A DNA stretch of 64,000 bases from Thermodesulfobacteriota bacterium (GTDB taxonomy: Bacteria; Desulfobacterota; Binatia; Bin18): contig OZ219926.1 in the NCBI GenBank assembly GCA_964291405.2, forward strand, positions 3,104,001-3,168,000, written 5' to 3'. Each line of letters opens with the position of its first letter. Positions within the stretch are counted from its first letter, which is position 1. Below are positions 56,209 through 64,000 of this stretch, piece by piece. Under the pieces are notes generated by a model, which saw only the letters and a list, made by a program, of their open reading frames with translations, was not told where the DNA came from and searched no databases. The position numbers and the translations under genes are program-made.

Positions 56209-57096
56209 ATGCAAGCCATAGGCATCCTCTACCCTGGTGACATGGGCCATAATGTAGGGCGTGTACTGAAAGAGGACGGCTTCTCCGTTGCGACGACACT
56301 GGTCGGGCGGAGCTCGCGCACACGACAGCTCAGCACACAGGCCGGAATAACCGAACTCGATTCTCTGGTGGCGGTCGTTGAGCAGGCGGATATCGTTCTC
56401 TCAATTATTCCCCCAACGGCCGCTCAAACAGTCTCACACGATTTTGCCTACGCTGTTCAGCAGGCGAACCGGAGACCGTTATTTGTCGACGCGAATGCCG
56501 TCTCTCCCATGACCGTTGGCCAGGTGGGTGAGACGATTCGGGCGGCGGGTTGTGACTTTCTCGATGCCTGCATCATCGGTCCGGCTCGGGATGTACGGGG
56601 CCGCTGCACCATGTATGTCAGCGGTCCGCACGTCCAGAAGTTTGAGGCGGCGCTCGGGAAATCGCTCCGCATGCATCCCTTAGGGGACGCCATTGGTCAA
56701 GCATCTGCTTTTAAGATGTTGTTCTCCGGACTCAATAAAGGCCTGGTTGCCGTGCTGAGTGAACTGACAGTGGCCGCGCAGGAATATGATTTCCTGGATG
56801 ATTTGCTCGCCTGTTACACCGAACTTTTTCCGGGAGTCATGCAGTCGCTGGAATGGCTTGTGCCGACCTATCCCTTTCACGCCGCCAGACGGGCCGAAGA
56901 AATGCGTGAGCTGGCCGAAACACTGGAACACTTACGCTCTTCCGCAGTCATGGCGCGCGGGACTCAGCAGACTCTGGCCGAGATTGGCCAGCTCAACCTG
57001 ACCGACCGATTCCCGGAGAATGGAGAGCACGACTGGACTCTGCGTAAAGTGCTTGAAGCGCTCGGCCAGTGTGGGGCGCTGAAACGGAGTTCCTGA
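56209..57096 (+). CDS. NAD(P)-dependent oxidoreductase (6PGD/HIBADH-like, DUF1932)
   Basis: IGILYPGDMG, VLSIIPP, FVDANAVSP, IIGP, ASAFKMLFSGLNKG, RRAEEMRELAETL. Confidence 0.85.
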   Translation: MQAIGILYPGDMGHNVGRVLKEDGFSVATTLVGRSSRTRQLSTQAGITELDSLVAVVEQADIVLSIIPPTAAQTVSHDFAYAVQQANRRPLFVDANAVSPMTVGQVGETIRAAGCDFLDACIIGPARDVRGRCTMYVSGPHVQKFEAALGKSLRMHPLGDAIGQASAFKMLFSGLNKGLVAVLSELTVAAQEYDFLDDLLACYTELFPGVMQSLEWLVPTYPFHAARRAEEMRELAETLEHLRSSAVMARGTQQTLAEIGQLNLTDRFPENGEHDWTLRKVLEALGQCGALKRSS

Positions 57097-57219
57097 TACG
57101 GTTCGTATGTTGCTGACATTATCCAGACGTGTTGACACGGATGGGGGTATTAGGCTAAGAATGAACTCGCCTGTTCTAATAATGAACTATCAAGTAAATT
57201 TCAGAATAAGGAGTGTCCG

Positions 57220-58215
57220 ATGTCACAGACGCATACGGTGAAGGCCACCTCCGATGCAATTTTTACCCAACTGCTCGATGTCCAGGACCAGGACATGCGC
57301 CGTCTATATGAGAAGGCGAAACGCGACCAGTGGAACGCTTCGACCGATATTGACTGGGACGCCGGGGGCGACCCGGACTGCGGTATTTTACCCGATGGAT
57401 TAATTGATATTTACGGCACGAAATACTGGGACAAGTTGGACGACAAGCACCGACTCGACCTGAACCGGCACTTCTCCGCCTGGCGAATCAGCCAGCTCAT
57501 GTACGGCGAGCAATTCGCCCTTATGGTCTGTGGTCAGATTGCCAATGTCGTGCCGGGCATCGACTCGAAGTTTTTTATGGCGACCCAGGTCGCTGATGAG
57601 GCGCGCCACTCAGAGGTGCTGGCCCGCTATCTGTACGACAAAGTCGGGGTGACGTATCCACTGACCGCCAACCTCAAGAATCTGTTCGACCACGTCCTGG
57701 CCATGCCACAGTGGTACCTCAAGACCGTGGGAACTCAACTCGTAGCGGAAACCCTGGCAGTATCGCTGTTTCGGATGCTGGCCGACCACAGCCCGGACCC
57801 GTTAATCAGCCAGATCTGTCGCCGCATCCTCTCTGACGAATCCCGCCATATGGGCTTTGGGATGTTAAGCCTGCCTGACCAGATACAGGAATTATCCGAG
57901 CAGGAGCTCGAAGAAGTCGAAGAGTTTGCCTGTGAAGCAACCGCCGGACTCTTGCAGGGACAGTTTCCGCGAGAAGCGTATGAAGCCGTCGGCTTTACCA
58001 AGGCCGAGATAGAAGACATCCGAACCATGCGTCACGAAGTTGCCAAAAAGAACGAATATGTGGCGTTTCGGACGTTCTTTAAGAAAGACTTTCATGCCGC
58101 CCTGTGGAGCAATATGGAGAAAGTCGGTCTGCTGAGTGAGCGGGCGATCAAGAAGCTCGGAACTATGGGCATCGTCGCTCCACAGGCACAGCAACGAGAA
58201 CAGGCGGCCGCGTAA
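57220..58215 (+). CDS. Ferritin-like diiron protein (AurF-like oxygenase family)
   Basis: LYEKAKRDQWN..DIDW, GEQFAL, DEARH, AETLA, DESRHMGFG. Confidence 0.85.
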   Translation: MSQTHTVKATSDAIFTQLLDVQDQDMRRLYEKAKRDQWNASTDIDWDAGGDPDCGILPDGLIDIYGTKYWDKLDDKHRLDLNRHFSAWRISQLMYGEQFALMVCGQIANVVPGIDSKFFMATQVADEARHSEVLARYLYDKVGVTYPLTANLKNLFDHVLAMPQWYLKTVGTQLVAETLAVSLFRMLADHSPDPLISQICRRILSDESRHMGFGMLSLPDQIQELSEQELEEVEEFACEATAGLLQGQFPREAYEAVGFTKAEIEDIRTMRHEVAKKNEYVAFRTFFKKDFHAALWSNMEKVGLLSERAIKKLGTMGIVAPQAQQREQAAA

Positions 58216-58225
58216 AGATAGACAT

Positions 58226-58262
58226 AGAGGGGCGGGGTTTGAAACCCGGCCCCTCTTTTTTT
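58226..58262 (+). terminator. Rho-independent terminator
   Basis: agaggggcggggttt-g-aaacccggcccctct followed by a T run. Confidence 0.7.
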
Positions 58263-58462
58263 AGCAGGATGCTTGAGCGTCCTGCTTTTTTTGTGCTTGA
58301 ATCCCCCTCGACTCTGTGGGCTCCATACTCGGCTTGTTCCCTTCCCGCTAATCGGTATACTCTCCCCGCTCGTATAGTATAATCAGGCGCGGCGACGGAC
58401 GGCCCAGAGACATGGTGGGCCGATCGTTGACGCTCATCACACAGGTAATAAGGAGGACTATC

Positions 58463-59242
58463 ATGGGTGAATTTGTTGAGGTTGCAGAGGCCAGAAAACT
58501 GTCCGGATTGCGACTCGTGCTGACGCTCGGCGTGCCAGGTCCGTGGAGCGAGGCTGCCAAAGGTATTTTGTACGTCAAAAAGATTCCCTATGTGCGCGTC
58601 CGTCAGGAACTCGGCGGTCCCAACCCGGAACTGACCGAATGGACCGCGCAGGCGACAGCCCCGGTCGCGATCTGGAACGATGAACCGCCGCGCTCAACCT
58701 GGATAGAGCAGCTCTTTCTGGCCGAGCGCCTTGAGCCGACGCCGGCTTTGATACCGGACAATATCGAGGATCGGATGCTGATGTTCGGCTATTGCAACGA
58801 GTTGTGCGGCGAGCACGGCTATGGCTGGTCCAAACGGCTGATGCTGCTCCACGCGGTCCTGACCGACTCGGGCGCGGACGAATCGGCACGGGCCTTTGCC
58901 ACGCATATGGGGAATAAATACGGCTATACTCGGGAAGAAGCCGAGGCCGCGCCGGCCCGAGTGGCCAATATTGTGACAACGCTCGGCTCCCGCTTGGAAC
59001 AGCAGCACAACAATGGCAGTCGGTTTTTTATCGGCAACCAGTTGTCCGCTCTCGATATCTATTGGGCCACATTTGCCGCGCTTATCCAGCCGCTGCCGCA
59101 CGAACTGTGTCCGATGCCCGATGCCTTTCGGGCCATGTACATTAACACCGACCCGGTGGTGCAATCCGCGGTGAAGCCGATACTGCTCGAACACCGTGAC
59201 TTTATCTATCACGAATACCTTGAGTTGCCGATTGATCTGTAG
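58463..59242 (+). CDS. GST-like protein of unknown function
   Basis: GVPGPWSEAAKG..YVKKIPY, TAPVAIWNDE, FFIGNQLSALDIYWATF; RBS aggagg. Confidence 0.7.
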   Translation: MGEFVEVAEARKLSGLRLVLTLGVPGPWSEAAKGILYVKKIPYVRVRQELGGPNPELTEWTAQATAPVAIWNDEPPRSTWIEQLFLAERLEPTPALIPDNIEDRMLMFGYCNELCGEHGYGWSKRLMLLHAVLTDSGADESARAFATHMGNKYGYTREEAEAAPARVANIVTTLGSRLEQQHNNGSRFFIGNQLSALDIYWATFAALIQPLPHELCPMPDAFRAMYINTDPVVQSAVKPILLEHRDFIYHEYLELPIDL

Positions 59243-59262
59243 GTCGGTTGCATTTGCCGCTC

Positions 59263-60360
59263 TCACCGCTCCGCACCGCGCTGGAACTCTGTTCCCGTGG
59301 TGGTCACGGTAAACGTGGCGCTGTCGAACTCTACCCCATCAGCGAGGGCGCGCACCGTATGCGTGCCATCGTCCAACAGATTCCAGTTGAATGGCAGGAT
59401 AAAGCCGTTATTGCTATCGCCGCAGACGCTCGTCGTATCACGCCGCTCGGTCCCATACGTAGCCGGAATTCGGATCGTGTCGTTAATTTCAATCTCTACG
59501 TTGGACACCTCGGAACGGCCCGGAACATACGGCTGCAAAATGTTCACCACGTACATATCCCGGCCTAGTTCATCCATGGTTTGGGTGAGCGGAACAGGGA
59601 CCCAGGGGGAACCGTCCTGATTCCTTACGGTCGCGCCTGGCGCGACATCGATGGTGATCCGTGGTGGGATGACTGTGCCTGCCGGGCTACGCGAGTCCGG
59701 CGGTAGGATGTTTTCTGACAGCCTGGTAATGGGCCAACTCAGCCGCACGTTGCCGATGTCGATAGTGAATATCCTACTCGCACCCAGTAGCGTCTCGTAG
59801 AACTCTGTTCGGTCGTGCCCGGTGTCGTCCACGTAGGAAATCGTGAAACGTCGGACTTGGTCAGCCACCTCCTGGACGGTCGTCCGGCCTGTGATGTGTG
59901 TTTTGTTCCCTGAGCCGGTTCGCGCCCACCAGTTCCCCTGGTTGTCTACCGATGACTCGCGGTGCTCAAGTCCATCATAAAAATACCGCTCGGCCACTTC
60001 GGGCACGGCGGGAGGTGGGGGTTCTCACCCTGGTCCGGTGACGCACACCCAGCCGGAGAACCGCACGACACCGCTCTCCTGCGATGAGCCGTGGGAAGGA
60101 CTCTCCAACCTGCCGGTTAAGCCAGGTCGAGATAATGGAGGGCGGCGGTAGATGACGCCCATCTCGGCATTCTCCAAATGCCAATCATCTTCTGATAAAT
60201 TACCGTCTCTTACTTTTAAGACACTCCGTGAGGGGGCGTCCCAGATGGTCAGCCGCCCGCTGTAATGCGGTCTGTTCTGTGAGCTCTGGGTCCTACAGGC
60301 AATAACCAAAAGCGAGAGCACGAGAAGGACAGGCAGTGCTCTGGAATGGCATAGAGCCAT
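59263..60360 (-). pseudogene. Lipoprotein gene interrupted by a single in-frame TGA (60025-60027)
   Basis: ORFs 60025-60360 and 59263-60006 share one frame: ...GWVCVTGPG*EPPPPAVPEVAE...; lipobox VIAC. Confidence 0.6.
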
Positions 60361-60377
60361 CGATTATCTGTACCCGA

Positions 60378-60851
60378 CTACTCAAAGCCGACAATACGAA
60401 CGTTTTCGAGTCGGAACTCGCCGTCACGCTGCGCGTACCAGCCGGTGAGTTCAAGCGGGGTGCCGGGCTGGGCCTGAGCGATTTTTGCGAGTGTGTCACG
60501 GGGACCGGTCACGTCGAGATCGGCTTTTCTCTTGCCGGCCCGGTGCAGAAAAATCTGCCGCGGGGTGAGCTGGGGCGAGTTGGGCGCGGTGACATTCGTG
60601 ACTTCGAGTTGGAAATCGCCCCGATAGCCGGTCACGCCAAGCTGAATGACCGCCAAGGCATCAGGAGCCGGGTCCGTATTGAGAAAGCCGGTCACCACCA
60701 CTTTGAAAGGAAAACGGCGGGTCTTGGCCGAGGGCCGGTCGCCGCCCACGCCCACGCCGCCTTGCGCCCAGACTGAGGGAGCGGGTAGCAGGCTCAGGTA
60801 ACAGAGGAGGAGGAGTGATGTTGTGAGTGCTTTACAAATACGATACGCCAT
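60378..60851 (-). CDS. Hypothetical exported protein (possible OB-like beta fold)
   Basis: Signal peptide ending VWA; beta-rich mature region. Confidence 0.6.
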   Translation of the reverse strand: MAYRICKALTTSLLLLCYLSLLPAPSVWAQGGVGVGGDRPSAKTRRFPFKVVVTGFLNTDPAPDALAVIQLGVTGYRGDFQLEVTNVTAPNSPQLTPRQIFLHRAGKRKADLDVTGPRDTLAKIAQAQPGTPLELTGWYAQRDGEFRLENVRIVGFE

Positions 60852-60862
60852 ACCAAACCTTC

Positions 60863-61344
60863 TTACGCGGTGCTTTTTTGAATAGACTGGGCTAACAAAT
60901 CAAGGGCGGTCTGCGTGAATGTCCACATGTTTGCTTCCCGGTCCGGGCTGCCGGTCTCTAAGGTCAACGTTTCTTCAACCGGTCCGACGATAGCAAAGCA
61001 CGCATGCCCGGCCGCATCACCGTAGCGGTTGCCGGTCGGTCCGGTTGCTCCGGTTTCACTCAGCCCCCAGAACGCTCCCGCACCTGACGGGCAAGACGTA
61101 GCGCATATTCCTCAGTGCTCGCTCGAATACCCTCTAGCGCTTCGTCGGGCATGGCCAGCAGGGACCGACGCGCCTCGTGGGTATAAATCACCCCGCTGCC
61201 CAGAAAATACGCCGACGCTCCCGGTACAGTCAGGAGGGTCGCCGAGATCAAACCGCCGGCTGAAGACTCGGCTACCGCAATCGTGTGGTCATGCGTCTTG
61301 AGCAGTTCGCCAACCGTCTGTCCTAAGAGTGTTAAATCTTTCAT
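60863..61344 (-). pseudogene. pncC: Frameshifted CinA C-terminal/PncC (NMN deamidase) gene
   Basis: IAVAESSAGGLIS..VPGASAYF in one frame; WGLSETGATGPTGNRYGDAAGH...DREANM continues in another frame from about 61069 to TAA at 60863. Confidence 0.75.
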
Positions 61345-61401
61345 GCCTCTCTTTTACTGTGAGCGGCGAGGAAGAAAAAGCCCCGGAGGGAGAGGGTCTA
61401 T

Positions 61402-62367
61402 TCAGACAGGGGTGCATCGCTCGTAGGCGTTGCCTTTACTTCCGCTTGACGTGGCCGCTCGATCCAGCCACGTCAAGGCGGCCTCAATAAACGGTGGCAA
61501 ATTTTTATACTGCCGGACGGGCTGGGGGAGGGCGCGCAGGGCCGCGGCAAGCCGGGCGGCGTGGTCTGGCTGGGTGGCAAGATGGACGAGTGGTCTGACG
61601 TAGACACGGATGGTGAACAGAATATCGCGGGTATGCGGCAGACGGCGGAGGGTCTGTCGTTCGATGCGCAGCCAGATGCTGTCTCCGGCATTCTCCGGCG
61701 TGATGTCGGTACGTTTTCGACTGCTCCTGGTCGGCTGAAAAAGGGTCGGGTCGTCCATCAGGGCCCAGTTGAGTCGCCAGACGGGCTTCTCGACTTTCAG
61801 CCGATCAAAAAACTTGTCCATAGTGGTGGCAAGCTGTTCTGCATAGCCGGGAATCGGCGCATGAATCGTGTTGAGTGGCTTGCCGATTTTATCCGCCAAA
61901 CGCCAGCGCGTCGGAAAGCATAAAGACGCTCCGACCAGGTGGTAGACCTGGGTGTGCGCCTGCCGCTGCATGAGGCATAAATCTTCTTGGACAAGCCGCC
62001 CGGCCAGATCGAGTGGATGTAAAGGCGGGTCGTGAATTCCCCACCGCTGGCCGGTGGCGAGATTGTCGAGCCGATCTCCGTTTCTCTTGTACAACTCTGG
62101 AAATCGGTTGGGGAGATGCTCAACAAGTAGAGCCAAGGTTTCAGCCGAACCTGGGTCTGCTTCAGGCAGGGCGGCAAATACTTCAGCGTGTCGTCCGGTG
62201 AGAAGGCGTTCTTTCTCTTTGAGTTCGGCGGCGCACTGGGCATCGGGCTCGATCCAGTCTTTGAGATCGAGCGGCATGAGCCCCATCGAGAGCCGAAACG
62301 GTCCGGCCTTGAAAGGCGCGTAGTCAGGTGGAGACGGAAAGGGGAAATCTGAGGCTGAAGTGGTCAT
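61402..62367 (-). CDS. DUF3445 / heme-dependent oxidative N-demethylase alpha subunit family
   Basis: LVQEDLCLM, LCFPTRW, IHAPIPGY, WRLNW, LRIERQTLRRLP, LFTIR. Confidence 0.88.
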   Translation of the reverse strand: MTTSASDFPFPSPPDYAPFKAGPFRLSMGLMPLDLKDWIEPDAQCAAELKEKERLLTGRHAEVFAALPEADPGSAETLALLVEHLPNRFPELYKRNGDRLDNLATGQRWGIHDPPLHPLDLAGRLVQEDLCLMQRQAHTQVYHLVGASLCFPTRWRLADKIGKPLNTIHAPIPGYAEQLATTMDKFFDRLKVEKPVWRLNWALMDDPTLFQPTRSSRKRTDITPENAGDSIWLRIERQTLRRLPHTRDILFTIRVYVRPLVHLATQPDHAARLAAALRALPQPVRQYKNLPPFIEAALTWLDRAATSSGSKGNAYERCTPV

Positions 62368-63764
62368 CAGTCTGCAACCTGCACGGAAGCGGCTGTCTGT
62401 TCTCTCCTCTTACGCCGCGTAGCGAAAATATCAATCTCCCGCCAGCGTTCTCGGGAGAAGCGCCACCATAGACCAAAGCCAAACAGAGAGACGTTAATGG
62501 TTCCGGCCAGCCACGGTCCCAGGGATTCGAGGTTAGTAAAGAGCACGGAACCCAGGCTGAGCGGCGTGAATACACACACTAAAAGTGTCATCGTCAGCCC
62601 GGCAATCCAATGCGTATCTCCCGCCCCGCGTAGGGCTCCGGCAAAGGTAATGCCCATACTGTCAAAAACTTGCAGCAGGGCCGCGCATATCAGCAAAGTG
62701 CTGCCGACCTGGATGACGGTCGGGTCCTGGCTGAAAAAACTCAGGAAAGAGAATCGAAACAGGACATAGCACATACCCATCAGGGCCATATACGACATGG
62801 CCAAAAGGAACGCTTCATACGTGCGTTGAACGGCAAGATCGGGCTTGCCCTCTCCAATATAGCGTCCGACCAGCGCGGTCAGCGCCTGGCCGAGCCCCAG
62901 CGTGGGCATGAATGAGACCGTCATGTATTGAATGGCGATATTACTGGCGGCCAGTTGCTGTTTGCCAAACTGGCCAACCATCAAGATAATTAAGACGCCC
63001 CAGCCTAAGACATCGATGGCCATTTGCGTCCCAGCGGGCAAGCCGATATGCAGCAGCCGGCGGGCCGCTGTCCAGTTTGGCTTCCAGACCGCCCGGGTGG
63101 CAAACTGGGTTGCGTACGGCTGGGAGAGGAAGACCCGAAAGAGCACCGCGAACTGGACGACAAAGCTGAACACCATCGCCAGAGCTGCCCCCTTGAGACC
63201 CAGGGCTGGCGCGCCAAATTTGCCGAAGATCAAGGTGTAGGCGAAACAGACGTTAGCGATATTGGCAATCACCGTAGCAACCAGGGGGACCTTGGGCCGG
63301 TGCATGCCGTAGAAGAAGCCACTTAGCGCGCCGATGGCAACCGAAAAACCTATCCCCCATAGCCGGACGCGGAAGTAGACGACTTCAAGCGCAATAATGT
63401 CCGGCTCGTGTCCGAACGGGGAAAAGAAGTAGGGGGCGGCCGGCCACAACGCGAGGAGCGCGAGACCGACCGCCCCACTTAAATACAGCCCTTGCCAGGC
63501 GACTATTGAGCCTTCGTCGAGTTTCTCCTTCCCCAGGGCCTGGGCGGCGAACGTGCTGACGCACTGCGTAATGCCTAGCGGGAGGGCGGTGAGCGTATAG
63601 GCAATAATGCCGGCCGGCATGGCCGCGGCCACTTCAGCCGTGCCGACCTGGGCCACCATCCAGGTGTCAACAAAGCCGATCACTGTGTATGAGGCCATCG
63701 ACATAATAATCGGCAGGGCAAAATGCAGAATTTCGCTCAGCCCGGCTCGGGTGGGAGTAAACAT
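62367..63764 (-). CDS. MATE family efflux transporter
   Basis: ALPII, VDTWMVAQVG...AA, LIFGKFGAPALGLKGAALA, IGLPAG, GALRGAGDT; the longer track ORF overlaps lhgO, so start placed at MFTPT. Confidence 0.88.
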   Translation of the reverse strand: MFTPTRAGLSEILHFALPIIMSMASYTVIGFVDTWMVAQVGTAEVAAAMPAGIIAYTLTALPLGITQCVSTFAAQALGKEKLDEGSIVAWQGLYLSGAVGLALLALWPAAPYFFSPFGHEPDIIALEVVYFRVRLWGIGFSVAIGALSGFFYGMHRPKVPLVATVIANIANVCFAYTLIFGKFGAPALGLKGAALAMVFSFVVQFAVLFRVFLSQPYATQFATRAVWKPNWTAARRLLHIGLPAGTQMAIDVLGWGVLIILMVGQFGKQQLAASNIAIQYMTVSFMPTLGLGQALTALVGRYIGEGKPDLAVQRTYEAFLLAMSYMALMGMCYVLFRFSFLSFFSQDPTVIQVGSTLLICAALLQVFDSMGITFAGALRGAGDTHWIAGLTMTLLVCVFTPLSLGSVLFTNLESLGPWLAGTINVSLFGFGLWWRFSRERWREIDIFATRRKRREQTAASVQVAD

Positions 63765-63833
63765 AGGCACGGTTTGCAGTGAGTGAGTGTTTTGTATAGG
63801 CAGATAGAATAGAATGTCGTTCCTGGGTGCACG

Positions 63834-64000
63834 ATGGCAGACCAGTTTGACCTTATCATCATTGGCGGTGGAATCCTGGGTCTGGCCACCGCCCTGACCG
63901 TTACCCGCCAATACCCCAGGATCAAACTGGGAGTCCTCGAAAAGGAGACCCGCCTGGCCGTACATCAAACCGGTCATAACAGCGGGGTTATTCACTCGGG
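63834..64000 (+). CDS. lhgO: L-2-hydroxyglutarate oxidase, N-terminus (truncated by window edge)
   Basis: [20 protein letters not shown]...[22 protein letters not shown]. Confidence 0.85.
   Translation, partial: MADQFDLIIIGGGILGLATALTVTRQYPRIKLGVLEKETRLAVHQTGHNSGVIHS

Noticed and set aside
1-64000. CRISPR array, tRNA, rRNA, IS transposase or prophage genes
   Set aside because: No regularly spaced repeats, cloverleaf/T-loop signatures, or DDE/integrase/phage motifs recognised by eye.

Overview
GC-rich bacterial chromosomal window with about 65 genes. I recognised no rRNA, tRNA, CRISPR array or intact transposase. The left edge (1-3741) holds the end of a DUF1156 methylase plus a HEPN-fused DUF499 ATPase, a restriction-like defence locus. 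About 3.8-37 kb is an oxidative catabolic region: six luciferase-like (LLM) oxidoreductases, three paralogous Rieske oxygenase alpha subunits, HpaB-like and VOC enzymes, an orphan NorD/CbbO-type vWA protein, a tandem-duplicated amidohydrolase, MFS transporters and a BrnT-like toxin-antitoxin pair. About 37-64 kb is mostly housekeeping or unknown genes (TrmJ-like methyltransferase, rpoZ, rpoH, mutS2, Ski2/Hel308-like helicase, HDAC, diiron protein, DUF3445, MATE, start of lhgO). The gene content suggests a Binatia/Deltaproteobacteria-like aerobic heterotroph (inference only). The best candidate for an undescribed system is a repeated module of Rieske alpha subunit plus a ~108-aa partner, with no beta subunit, ferredoxin or reductase, and with a 57-bp relic of a third partner next to an inserted nuclease-like gene. 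Other signals: a dispersed covarying hairpin element in two copies 42 kb apart, a palindromic element inserted in-frame in the helicase, an unannotated 36-aa membrane peptide, a LeuD-like protein lacking its catalytic loop, and two neighbouring broken genes. All family calls come from motif recognition by eye, not from database searches.
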